This document shows, in pieces, positions 1 through 9,140 of a DNA stretch of 64,000 nt; positions within the stretch are counted from its first letter, which is position 1, and each line of letters starts with the position of its first letter. The translations under genes were made by a program, and so were the position numbers. A model generated the notes under the pieces. It worked only from the letters and a program-made list of their open reading frames with translations. It made no database searches and had not been told where the DNA came from. Source of the DNA: Patescibacteria group bacterium (lineage in GTDB: Bacteria; Patescibacteriota; Minisyncoccia; Phycocordibacterales; Phycocordibacteraceae); the NCBI GenBank assembly GCA_019744845.1, contig JAIETW010000001.1:418859-482858 (forward strand). Direction: 5' to 3'.

Positions 1-128
1 GATTTCAAAGAGAAGTTCAAAGAAGAACACATAAGGACGCCACGATACCCACCATCCTTGAGAATGATGACTCCGTTTCGTACTTCCTTTACAGGAACGA
101 ATGACTGTGTGGGTTTCGCGTCCTGCAT
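1..128 (-). CDS. VirB4/TraE-family T4SS ATPase, N-terminal 42 aa only (gene continues beyond window start)
   Basis: Reverse-complement of 1-128 translates from ATG(128-126) to MQDAKPTQSFVPVKEVRNGVIILKDGGYRGVLMCSSLNFSLK. This matches the conserved N-terminus of Gram-positive VirB4 homologs (PrgJ/TcpF/Orf16 type, IPIKDIRDG.I.KDG.Y..ILE). Start overlaps upstream stop as TAATATG. Confidence 0.5.
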   Translation of the reverse strand, partial: MQDAKPTQSFVPVKEVRNGVIILKDGGYRGVLMCSSLNFSLK

Positions 129-129
129 A

Positions 130-558
130 TTACGGGATAGTGTTCATGTTCCGACTATCAAGAGAATTCGCGAGCTCGTGTAGCTTGCTGCCTGAAAGTC
201 CGAGCTTCTCGCGGGGCGGAGGAGCAACCATAGATACTTCGGTCATGGCTGCAATATCCGCCTTCTCCTGCGCTACTTCTTGTTCCTTCCGCCACAAATA
301 CAGACGACGATTCATATAATAGTTGAACCCCGCCTCAATAATATCTATGAAGGGTTTCCCATTGATCTTGTAGAACGCCAGCGCTGCGGCAAATGCACCG
401 ACAGGAAGGGCAACCATGATGCCGAAGATGAAGGGGAGATACAACACAGCAGCTGCCGCGATACCAATACCTCCGGCAAGATAGATGAACTGCTTTATTG
501 TGAGCGGTCCGAAAATCTTATCCTCAACTTCAATGAATTGCGGTACCTGATACTCCAT
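130..558 (-). CDS. PrgI/VirB3-like small T4SS membrane protein (two TM helices then charged tail); likely start MEYQVPQF (ORF extends to 579)
   Basis: MEYQVPQFIEVEDKIFGPLTIKQFIYL N-terminus with two hydrophobic helices. Lies immediately upstream of the VirB4-like gene, the canonical VirB3-VirB4 order. Confidence 0.45.
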   Translation of the reverse strand: MEYQVPQFIEVEDKIFGPLTIKQFIYLAGGIGIAAAAVLYLPFIFGIMVALPVGAFAAALAFYKINGKPFIDIIEAGFNYYMNRRLYLWRKEQEVAQEKADIAAMTEVSMVAPPPREKLGLSGSKLHELANSLDSRNMNTIP

Positions 559-616
559 CACGACTAGTATACCAAGCAAAACGACGGTTGCCGTGCATTA
601 TGCGCACGCGTTTGTG

Positions 617-1411
617 CTATTCAACCGGTTCGCGATACGGATCAACGCGCTTTGTCGGTTCCGGATTCTTTTGCGCGACAGGTGCAGCAGGTGTTTTTGG
701 TGGGACAGTTGAGGGAATGGGTGCAATAAGTGGGGATTTTGGTGCGGGTGCCGCTACGGGAGGGAATATGGAAGCAGGTTTCGGAGGAGGAGGCGTCGGT
801 ATTACTGGTGCAATTGGTTTTGGAGGCTGAATCGCAGGCATAGCTGGCTTCACAACCGGTGCGGACGAAGCTTTTGGCATGAGCGGAGGAGTGCTCTTTA
901 GAGGTGCTGGTACTGGCTTCACTGACGTCACGGGTGTTACCGAGGCTGCAGCAGCCACCACTGGCTTTGCATCCTCGTGTTTAGGGAGAAGTTTCGGTGC
1001 GGCAGGTGGCGCAAGACGATTTATTGGCGCGGGAGGTGCCACTGGTTTTGGAGGAACGATAGGTGCACCAGGCTTTGTTTTTGAAACCGGAGGAGCAGGA
1101 GGAAGTTTCTTTTCAAGAGGATCAAACACTGACGTCTTAATGTCTTCCAAAAGATCATCACATACTCTGATTGGAATATTGGTCCCCACCTTAATGCCAA
1201 CCTTCACATCTGCGAGCGTACTAATACCAAGGAGTGTCATAAGAATCTCGGTTCCTATGGTTGCCATCTCTGGTGAAGAGAAACGATACTGCCCACGAAT
1301 ACGTTCTAGGAATTTCTCAAATCCCCCAGACGCGATGTACTCACGAACTACCTGTGGAGCCTTTGCGTACGCTGCTGCTAGTTTTGCTTCAAAGTTTGTG
1401 TCGTCAGCCAT
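617..1411 (-). CDS. proline-rich (KPxxP/PPxP repeat) protein of the T4SS operon, PrgC-like by analogy
   Basis: 264-aa ORF with a globular N-terminal ~100 aa followed by ~160 aa of P/K/A/V-rich low-complexity sequence. Tightly packed between VirB6-like and PrgI-like genes. Confidence 0.55.
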   Translation of the reverse strand: MADDTNFEAKLAAAYAKAPQVVREYIASGGFEKFLERIRGQYRFSSPEMATIGTEILMTLLGISTLADVKVGIKVGTNIPIRVCDDLLEDIKTSVFDPLEKKLPPAPPVSKTKPGAPIVPPKPVAPPAPINRLAPPAAPKLLPKHEDAKPVVAAAASVTPVTSVKPVPAPLKSTPPLMPKASSAPVVKPAMPAIQPPKPIAPVIPTPPPPKPASIFPPVAAPAPKSPLIAPIPSTVPPKTPAAPVAQKNPEPTKRVDPYREPVE

Positions 1412-1416
1412 AAATA

Positions 1417-3705
1417 TTAGTGATCGCCGTGCGCGGACTCTTCAACTGTGGTGAAGGAAAGAGGTTTAACAGCGCCATGATCTCCGCCACCATGTCCACC
1501 TCCTGCACCAATGTTCTTAACTGCACCAAGAAGCTTCTCGTATTTAACTTCGTCATCTGAGCGACCTTGCAAACGACGGAGCTCAAATGCTGCTTCACGG
1601 TCAGCACGATACCCAACGCTCCCCCATGGTATTGGGTTCCAGAAGTCTGCACTCTCGCTGAGTTCTTGTATGTACGACATCTCTTCGTCGTGGAGTTTGT
1701 GACTTGCATCGTCAAATGCCTCCTTCGCACGCTGATGTTCACGGCTAAGGGTAAGAAGACGAGCATCGTAGTTTGCTGCTGCCGCGGCAGCCTCATCAGC
1801 TTGACGGCGAAGATTCGCAATATCAAGCGTGCGAGTAGGTTGCGTGCGCTCCATTTCATCAGCAGAAGCACGGAAGCGCTCTGCCTCGGCCGCACGTTCC
1901 TGCGCCGCTGCAGTAACCTCCTTGAACTCTCCATCCACCTTCTTCCAGTTCTTCTCACGAAGCTTCTTACGGCCCATCGCAGTCTTATCTATCTCCACCT
2001 GTGCATCCCTCATGTCTGCCTCAAACTTTGCGACAAGTCTTGTATCGCCTGCCTTTGCTGCCTTGTTTCGCTTATCCTCTGCAGTGTCATAGCGCTCTAT
2101 GTGCGCATTGACACGACGCTCGTTCTCTTCCTCTATTGCTTCATAGTGGTGGAGTTTCTTTTCCTTTTCACCCTTGATGACACCTACAAGACCACCGGCC
2201 GCAGCACCAGTTGTGGTACCCGCATTTATACCGGCCTTACCTGTTGCAAACTTGGCGGCACCAGAGGCGCGGAAGTCAAAGCTACTTGCTGCACCCTTAT
2301 CAAGGATATTGGCAAGCGGACGTCCCAACGGTGAACGCATCAGCCCTGCGTTACGACGAGCTGCAGATGCAAGATTGAGCGCTGCCTGTCCCATAGTGCG
2401 ACGACCGAGGAATGCGAGCGTCCCGTACGTTGCCCCACCTGCGGTCTTGATCGCAAAGTCGGCTCCTGCGGCACCAAGCTTCTGCGCCACCATAAGTGCC
2501 GCAATCATAAATCCGATGGTGAGTGCAAATACTACGAAAATGTCCGTGGCACTCACTTCTCCCGTGACCAGTGCACGACTCAGACTTCCATTGTTTAACG
2601 CAGACGCCAAAGAACTGCTATCAACGACCTTGAACCCAATGAATACAATTAACAAAAAGACGGGCACAAAGAGCGACTGTTTGATGAGCGCCTGCCACCA
2701 CTGTTTCGCGAGTCCACTTAAGAAGGGCACGGCCATACCCGCAAACCCAATCGGTGACGTCACCATCACAATGAGCAGCACCACCACACGAATGATGAGC
2801 ATAATTCCGGCCGCAAAGAACACCACGGAAAGAATAGTACTGAAAAGCACAAGGCCTGCCATGGTCATGGCATAGCGCAGACTGTAGTTAACGTGTACAA
2901 GTCCCTGCGCTTCCCACTCTGGCGCGGAATTCAAAAGTGTTGATCCTCCAGAGAACTGCATCACGAGACCAGTCACGCCATAGTGACGTGCACAGTACGC
3001 CTGTGCGCTCTCCCCTGCAGGCATTCGCGAGGTATCACAGGAAAGCCCTGCAGATGATTGCGCCACAATTGCGGTACTGACTCCGTTTGCCACATCTATC
3101 ACCGCCTCCGCGACAAAAAGACTGAAGTTAAGAAGCACCGCAAAAATAATCAGTTTCGGGAGTGCTTTCTTCACCGTGTAGTCGTGAAGATTGAGAATCG
3201 TACTTAGCCCCATGAACACGAAACTGAAGAGAAGGAATACGTTACCGAGATCACGAAGCACTCCCCAGGCAGTGAGAAGCCCTTCTGAGTTACCAAAGTT
3301 CTGGCCGAACTGGAGCACCGTCATGAGAAGCACTCCGTTTAGAAACTGCGCCGAGACCCACAAAATACCGTTTGCAAGGAAGAATACTATGTACAAAAGC
3401 GCAATGACGGGCTGAAGTATGACGTTAATGCCGGTACACAGAACCGAATTAACTCCATCACAGTTAAGTTCATCGCCTCCTCCGTTTGAAGCTTCTACTT
3501 CTGGACTAGCACTCGCTGCAGCTGCGGGTGGCTCTCCTGCCGGCGGGAGTCCGGCTGCGGCTGCTCCAGCATTTGCGGCTCGATCGCCGGGCTCTGCCTG
3601 TACAGTCAGAGGAAGAAAGGGAGCGAGAACAGAAGTGAGAAACACCGCCCCGAGTAGGAGTGTTCCTGCCTTGCGTATTACCGGTGTGCGAAAGAAATCA
3701 TTCAC
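1417..3705 (-). CDS. VirB6/TrbL-like polytopic membrane protein with long charged coiled-coil C-terminal tail
   Basis: 762 aa. Signal/TM at N-terminus, then at least 6 hydrophobic helices, then ~300 aa K/E/R/A-rich coiled coil ending in a Gly/His-rich tip (GAGGGHGGGDHG). Sits within the T4SS-like operon. Confidence 0.5.
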   Translation of the reverse strand: MNDFFRTPVIRKAGTLLLGAVFLTSVLAPFLPLTVQAEPGDRAANAGAAAAGLPPAGEPPAAAASASPEVEASNGGGDELNCDGVNSVLCTGINVILQPVIALLYIVFFLANGILWVSAQFLNGVLLMTVLQFGQNFGNSEGLLTAWGVLRDLGNVFLLFSFVFMGLSTILNLHDYTVKKALPKLIIFAVLLNFSLFVAEAVIDVANGVSTAIVAQSSAGLSCDTSRMPAGESAQAYCARHYGVTGLVMQFSGGSTLLNSAPEWEAQGLVHVNYSLRYAMTMAGLVLFSTILSVVFFAAGIMLIIRVVVLLIVMVTSPIGFAGMAVPFLSGLAKQWWQALIKQSLFVPVFLLIVFIGFKVVDSSSLASALNNGSLSRALVTGEVSATDIFVVFALTIGFMIAALMVAQKLGAAGADFAIKTAGGATYGTLAFLGRRTMGQAALNLASAARRNAGLMRSPLGRPLANILDKGAASSFDFRASGAAKFATGKAGINAGTTTGAAAGGLVGVIKGEKEKKLHHYEAIEEENERRVNAHIERYDTAEDKRNKAAKAGDTRLVAKFEADMRDAQVEIDKTAMGRKKLREKNWKKVDGEFKEVTAAAQERAAEAERFRASADEMERTQPTRTLDIANLRRQADEAAAAAANYDARLLTLSREHQRAKEAFDDASHKLHDEEMSYIQELSESADFWNPIPWGSVGYRADREAAFELRRLQGRSDDEVKYEKLLGAVKNIGAGGGHGGGDHGAVKPLSFTTVEESAHGDH

Positions 3706-3710
3706 GGCAA

Positions 3711-5180
3711 TTAGTTACGGAAGATGCTGCACGCTGACTCCGCAATATCTTTCATTTCGGTGTAGAGAGAGGCGGGGGTAACGTCTGCTGTATTTGCCGT
3801 CTCCCGTGCTGCCTCCACGACCTCAGCTGAGGTTGGCATGAGATCAGACGCCATAAGTTCCTGGTAGTCAGCGACAATCTGCTCAAATCCTTGGTTTGCA
3901 TTTGCACCTGCGGCAGCGGAACGTTCTTCAAGATCCTCAAGTGCGGCAAGAGCTGCTGCTGCCTTCGTGCCCGCGGCCGTTGCTTTCGCAAGAGCGGGCT
4001 CCACCTTTTCTTCAAGAAGTTCATCGTTTCCATCGCGATTACAGCTCTCAAGCGCCGCCTTCGCTTCCTGTGCGGCGCTTCCAATCTTTGCCCAATTCAC
4101 CTGGTATTCCTCTACACGATCACGCTGCGTACTGAGAGTTCGTGCAAAGCTACTTGCCACGTTTGGTACCGTTCCTCGTGTGTCGCCCCCGCCGCCAGAC
4201 CCTCCCGCAAGCCCTCCTTCACCAATTGCCTTCTGAAGAAGAGAGTTAAGAAGTCCTGCAATTGCCTCATTCAATTCATCTGCGCTCACCAACTGTGCAA
4301 TATCAGACCCTACCGCTTCTTCAATCTGGGAATGAATCACCGATCCAGGTGTATTAATTTGGTGTTCAAGACAGGTCTCCCCGTCACTCAAGCTGAGGGA
4401 AAGACCATCTGCGGCAGTTGTTGTTGCCATCCCCCCATTACCATCTGACTGGAGCGCGCTCGTACATCCACCACGCCATGACAAAAATCCGTTGCCGTAT
4501 TCAAGTTCACGAAGACGTTGATCAATTTCTGCTTCGAGCTGCGTGCCGATTTCATCACGAAGCGTCAATTCAAAACAGTACCGATTATTACCACAAGTGC
4601 TATTGGCCTGATACCACGCACCCCATCCTCCCTGAGAGAAGTCACCATACAAAAAGCGAGAAGGGTTCTGGGAAAAACGATCAAGGGTGTACTCAAGACG
4701 TGCAGCAAGTCGGTCACTGCTCGTTTGAAGGTAATAGGCGGCAAACACACCGCTTGCGACCGTACTACCAAACGGTGTGTCTATCGCCCGCTGCAGCACC
4801 TCTCCCGCAATACGCGTTAACACTGCATCGCCCACCTGTCGTAGATTTGTATTCAAATCCCGCACAAAGGCTGGAGACCCTTCAAATCCAGATGCTACCC
4901 AGTTAAGGGTACTCACGATAATGGAACGAAGTGCTGCCTTCGCAATTCCGGTAGCGAGCCCATCAAGCGTAAACTCTTTTAAGAAATCATCCCCTGCAAA
5001 GATGGTCTGGATGGTGCTCTCAATCGTCGTCTTGATATTGGTGACTAGGTTCCCTCCGACTTCTACGACTGAAATAGCTTCCACCTGACGTGGGAACGCG
5101 CCAAAAGAAGTTGCACTCATCATGACAATGAGCGTTGCTGCAACAATTTGTTTTCCTACCCGCGTGAAAAAGTGCTTCAT
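3711..5180 (-). CDS. secreted hypothetical protein (T4SS operon member)
   Basis: 489 aa with N-terminal signal peptide (MKHFFTRVGKQIVAATLIVMMSATSFGAFP). 4-bp overlap with the upstream gene and 6-bp gap to the VirB6-like gene. Confidence 0.6.
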   Translation of the reverse strand: MKHFFTRVGKQIVAATLIVMMSATSFGAFPRQVEAISVVEVGGNLVTNIKTTIESTIQTIFAGDDFLKEFTLDGLATGIAKAALRSIIVSTLNWVASGFEGSPAFVRDLNTNLRQVGDAVLTRIAGEVLQRAIDTPFGSTVASGVFAAYYLQTSSDRLAARLEYTLDRFSQNPSRFLYGDFSQGGWGAWYQANSTCGNNRYCFELTLRDEIGTQLEAEIDQRLRELEYGNGFLSWRGGCTSALQSDGNGGMATTTAADGLSLSLSDGETCLEHQINTPGSVIHSQIEEAVGSDIAQLVSADELNEAIAGLLNSLLQKAIGEGGLAGGSGGGGDTRGTVPNVASSFARTLSTQRDRVEEYQVNWAKIGSAAQEAKAALESCNRDGNDELLEEKVEPALAKATAAGTKAAAALAALEDLEERSAAAGANANQGFEQIVADYQELMASDLMPTSAEVVEAARETANTADVTPASLYTEMKDIAESACSIFRN

Positions 5181-6187
5181 GGTGTATGTGGCTGTAGACG
5201 CTCAGAAAATACTCCTGCACGATGGATAAGGAGATAGAATTCATATCCTGGATCGCCCGACACGATTGTGTCGGTAATCTTCGCTGCGTCATATACTGCA
5301 TCAAAGGCAAGAATGGAGTCCGCCATCTCCTTTGCCGCATATTCGTACTGACCAAGTACCAAGAACGCACGAAGAGGGTCTTCGTTTACCGCCGCAAGAT
5401 CATTAATCACCGTGCCCATAAGTGCGAGTGCGTTTGCAAACCTGAGGTGAATGAGCGCAAGCTCTGGTGGCGCAGGAACACGGATATAGCTCTGAGCAAC
5501 TTTCTCATAGGCTGCACCGATAGCCTTTAGTTGTGTAAGCGCAGTCGTATCGTTTTCATACGTGACTTTCCCGAAGTAGTACATCGCATCTTCGGTTGCG
5601 TTGTTGGTGCTTGCAATGAGCGCCTGATCTGCCCCCGTCGCGTAGGCACGAAGTCCTCCCTCTCCGGACACCCCTGCGCGCACATCCTTATTGCTGTATG
5701 CCTTTGGGATCTCATTGTTTGCTGCAAGCTCCGCTACCTTGGTATTAATGAAGGAGAGAAGGGAATCGGTCGTGAGGCCACTTGAACCTCGCATGCGAAG
5801 ATACTCCTCAAAGAACTTGCGAGCGAAACGGTCAGTGACGGTCTCTGGTGCTGCCTGCACTCCTGGCACGTCTTCAATCGGCACGGTGACCGATACATCT
5901 GTTGACTCAAATTTAGGCTTCACCAGACCTGCGGTGACTGCCTCGCTATCGGTCATTGATGGATCAACTGAGTTTGGGTTCTCTGGATCCGTGTTGTAGA
6001 GCTGCTCCTGCCAGTCAGGAAGTCCATCGGCATCTGTGTCCTTCGTGGCGTATGCACGAAGCAACTCTTCTGCATTCTGTGCGCTTACTTCCGCTGACTT
6101 AGAAGAGATGACGAACGCGGTCGTCACAAGTGCGAGTGAGACCACGAGCGAACCTGCGATCAATGTTGTGCGAAGAGAATAAGCCAC
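5177..6187 (-). CDS. N-terminally membrane-anchored hypothetical protein, first gene of T4SS-like operon (VirB8/TcpC-like topology)
   Basis: 336 aa with a single N-terminal TM (LIAGSLVVSLALVTTAFVI) then a soluble domain. ATGA overlap with the next gene. Confidence 0.55.
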   Translation of the reverse strand: MAYSLRTTLIAGSLVVSLALVTTAFVISSKSAEVSAQNAEELLRAYATKDTDADGLPDWQEQLYNTDPENPNSVDPSMTDSEAVTAGLVKPKFESTDVSVTVPIEDVPGVQAAPETVTDRFARKFFEEYLRMRGSSGLTTDSLLSFINTKVAELAANNEIPKAYSNKDVRAGVSGEGGLRAYATGADQALIASTNNATEDAMYYFGKVTYENDTTALTQLKAIGAAYEKVAQSYIRVPAPPELALIHLRFANALALMGTVINDLAAVNEDPLRAFLVLGQYEYAAKEMADSILAFDAVYDAAKITDTIVSGDPGYEFYLLIHRAGVFSERLQPHTP

Positions 6188-6253
6188 GGTAGTACATAAA
6201 TAGTATCACGGGCCCTTCATCCGAAGGCTAGGCAATACCTATATAGGTGTGTA

Positions 6254-7027
6254 TTAGATGCGCACCTTCCTTGCAATCGCTTTCCATGACGAAAGCGGCA
6301 CATCTTCTGGTCGTACCGTCGCAGAGACCTCTGCCTCCATAAGCGCCTCTTTCACCCGTTCTCCAGGTGCAATCTCTTCAAGATTCTTCGCAAGCTGCTT
6401 CCGTTTATGCATAAATCCAGTCTTAAGCACGGTAAAAAACCATTCTTCCTCTTCCAAAGATGAGAAAGGTGCCTGTATATCCGTAATAGTTAGGACCGCG
6501 GAGTCTACATTCGGAGCGGGACGAAACGCACCTCTTGGGACGGTGAAACAATAACGTGGTGTGCCATACGTCTTTACCGCAATGGAAAGAACGCTTTCTT
6601 TCTTGGAGCGTGCAATACGTTCTGCGACTTCTTTCTGTACCAAGAGCGTCATGGAACGCGGCTTTGCATTAGTGGTGAGAAACATACGAATAATTTCTCC
6701 AGTGATGTAGTACGGAATATTTGCGACGAGTCGGTATGATCCGAAGATCTGTGGATCCACATTCCGAATATCGTCATGAATAAGAGTCAGGCGCCCGTCG
6801 GCAATCTCTGTGGCGAAGGTGGTATTGAGTTCTGCAACTAACTCACCATCTGCTTCTACTGCAATGACTTTTTTTGCAGTACCAAGAAGTACGCGCGTGA
6901 GCATACCGGTCCCCGGACCAATCTCCATGACCGTATCGTCCTTCGTTACTTCCGCCGCCTGCACGATGCGTTCTGCAATCTGCCGATGCATCAAAAAGTT
7001 TTGCCCCAGTGATTTTTTTGGTCTCAT
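6254..7027 (-). CDS. rsmA: 16S rRNA (adenine1518/1519-N6) dimethyltransferase RsmA/KsgA
   Basis: MRPKKSLGQNFL... with GPGTGMLT SAM motif. 257 aa. Confidence 0.9.
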   Translation of the reverse strand: MRPKKSLGQNFLMHRQIAERIVQAAEVTKDDTVMEIGPGTGMLTRVLLGTAKKVIAVEADGELVAELNTTFATEIADGRLTLIHDDIRNVDPQIFGSYRLVANIPYYITGEIIRMFLTTNAKPRSMTLLVQKEVAERIARSKKESVLSIAVKTYGTPRYCFTVPRGAFRPAPNVDSAVLTITDIQAPFSSLEEEEWFFTVLKTGFMHKRKQLAKNLEEIAPGERVKEALMEAEVSATVRPEDVPLSSWKAIARKVRI

Positions 7028-8946
7028 GCTTCTATGACGTCTTCTTCAACCTCATGCGCATACTGTATCAGTGAATCATCAATGTCATCCAAAAACGATG
7101 AAGGGTCTGAAAGGAAGTCGGTTCCGTAGATGCGACGTACGCGCGCAAGCGTGAGATAGAGCTTTCGTCGCGCACGAGTGATCGCAACATAGAAAAGACG
7201 ACGTTCTTCTTCCTCATCACGCTCTTCTTCGTTCATACCTTCGTGTGGGAACAATCCTTCTTCAAGCCCCGAGACAAACACCACATCAAACTCAAGGCCC
7301 TTTGCGGCGTGCACCGTCATCAAGGTCACTCCTCCTTTTTCTTTGGTACGGTCTAATTCGTCTTGATCCCCCGCAAGTGCAGCTTCTGCAAGAAATGCAT
7401 TAATCCCGTCCATACCTGGAAGATCATCATGACGGCTCGCAAGTGTCGCAAGCTCCTGCGCGTTTTCCAATCGCTCAGCATCATCCTCTCCTCCCTTTTC
7501 AAGAGACGCTTTCATACCGCTCTCTTCAATCACGCGACGCACAAACGCTGAAGGAACATCCGTCTGTGCAGCGGCATTGAGGTTCGCCACAATCTTTTCA
7601 AAGGCTTCTACTTTTGCGCGTTCACCAGGGCGAAGCTCATCGCGTTTGCCTGCAACAAGTTTCCCGAGTGTCGTTTTTCCGATACCGCGAGACGGTGCCT
7701 GCACGGCGCGCACCCGATCTGCCTCCCGTCCTGGCTCAAGTGCAAGTCGTACCCATGCAATGACATCTTTCACTTCCTTCCGGTCATAAAACTGCGTACC
7801 CAGGAGCTTATACGGCACTCGTGTGGCAAGGAATGCTTCTTCCATCGCACGTGACTGAAAGTTCGTACGATACAACACCGCAATCTGTGTCGGGTCGGTG
7901 CCGCACGAAATGAGACGTGACGCTTCCTGCGCAATGTATGCTGCCTCGCGTTCTGCAGTGTCAGACACCGACACAATAATTGGTTCACCAGATGCATTAC
8001 TCGTCACTGACTTCTTCTCTTTCCTGTTTCTGTTTTTCTCTATGATCGTATTTGCCGCATCCACAATGTTCTTTGACGAACGATAGTTGTGTTCAAGAAC
8101 GATGGTCTTTGCTTCAGGATACGTTTCGTCAAAGCGAAGCAAGTTTTCAATCGTCGCGCCACGCCACGTGTAAATGGTTTGATCTATGTCGCCGACGACA
8201 AACAAATTCTTTCTCGCACCGGTAAGGAGTGTCGCAAGACGACCTTGGAGTTCGTTGGTGTCTTGAAACTCATCAATGTGCACGTAGTGGAATCGTTCTT
8301 GTACCTGCTTCCGCACCTCTTCGTGTTCAGCAAGAAGTTTCACCGGAAGCGTAATCAAGTCATCAAAATCTAGTGCGCGTTCTTTTTTCAACACCGCGTC
8401 ATACTTGAGCCACACATCTGATGCCACACGTGAACGGAATCCTTCGCGTGAAAACTTTTCTGCAAACTCAGTTGCAGACAATCCTTCCCCTTTTGCACGA
8501 GAGATACGGGCAAGAAGTGCACGTGGTGGATATTCTTTTGGATCCATATCCAATTCCTTGAGTGCATTCTTGATTGCACGTTCAGAATCCTCACGATCAA
8601 AAATAGAGAAGTGTCGTGGAATACCGAGCGCACTTCCGTACGATTCAAGCAGTTCACGTCCAAGTCCATGGAACGTCGCAACGAGTGGAAGGTTCCCTCG
8701 CTTCCATGTCGTCAATTCCTCTCCAAGTACGCGCGACAAACGTTCACGCATCTCACGCGCTGCTTTGTTGGTGAACGTCACCGCAAGAATCTTTTCTGCA
8801 GGAACTCCTTCGCGTATCAAATGATAGATGCGTGTGGTAAGTACGCGTGTCTTCCCGGACCCCGCACCTGCAAGCACCGAGACAGGACCATCGGTCGCAA
8901 GTACCGCTTCTTTTTGTCTGTCGTTCAGTCCGTCCAGATATTTCAC
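7024..8946 (-). CDS. UvrD/PcrA-family ATP-dependent DNA helicase
   Basis: Walker A GAGSGKT, the TFTNKAAREM motif, C-terminal YVAITRAR motif. 640 aa. Overlaps rsmA by 4 bp. Confidence 0.85.
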   Translation of the reverse strand: MKYLDGLNDRQKEAVLATDGPVSVLAGAGSGKTRVLTTRIYHLIREGVPAEKILAVTFTNKAAREMRERLSRVLGEELTTWKRGNLPLVATFHGLGRELLESYGSALGIPRHFSIFDREDSERAIKNALKELDMDPKEYPPRALLARISRAKGEGLSATEFAEKFSREGFRSRVASDVWLKYDAVLKKERALDFDDLITLPVKLLAEHEEVRKQVQERFHYVHIDEFQDTNELQGRLATLLTGARKNLFVVGDIDQTIYTWRGATIENLLRFDETYPEAKTIVLEHNYRSSKNIVDAANTIIEKNRNRKEKKSVTSNASGEPIIVSVSDTAEREAAYIAQEASRLISCGTDPTQIAVLYRTNFQSRAMEEAFLATRVPYKLLGTQFYDRKEVKDVIAWVRLALEPGREADRVRAVQAPSRGIGKTTLGKLVAGKRDELRPGERAKVEAFEKIVANLNAAAQTDVPSAFVRRVIEESGMKASLEKGGEDDAERLENAQELATLASRHDDLPGMDGINAFLAEAALAGDQDELDRTKEKGGVTLMTVHAAKGLEFDVVFVSGLEEGLFPHEGMNEEERDEEEERRLFYVAITRARRKLYLTLARVRRIYGTDFLSDPSSFLDDIDDSLIQYAHEVEEDVIEA

Positions 8947-9140
8947 TAGCGCACTATAGCAGAGAGGCCCATGCGCACCTGGCGGATAGTCTCTATCGCT
9001 TCACTCAATATATATAGGTATTGGCGGGGGTTTGCTTTCTTGATCTCTGCGCACTCAAGAAAGATCGCATCAATGGTCTGGTTTCGCTCCTCTTCAGAAA
9101 GCGATGCGTCCCGGAGTTTTTCTATGAGTTCGCGTTTCAT
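8946..9140 (-). CDS. small hypothetical protein (64 aa, helical)
   Basis: ORF translationally coupled between the 186-aa ORF and the helicase. Confidence 0.45.
   Translation of the reverse strand: MKRELIEKLRDASLSEEERNQTIDAIFLECAEIKKANPRQYLYILSEAIETIRQVRMGLSAIVR

Noticed and set aside
588-1454. Gly-rich plus-strand ORFs (80 aa and 191 aa) overlapping the Pro-rich gene
   Set aside because: Antisense artefact. CCN proline codons read as GGN glycine on the opposite strand. There is no independent start or RBS support, and the ORFs lie fully inside a stronger minus-strand gene.
1567-2875. Cys-rich 255-aa and 233-aa plus-strand ORFs inside the VirB6-like gene
   Set aside because: Embedded in a long, coherent minus-strand ORF with membrane-protein features, so these are spurious overlaps.
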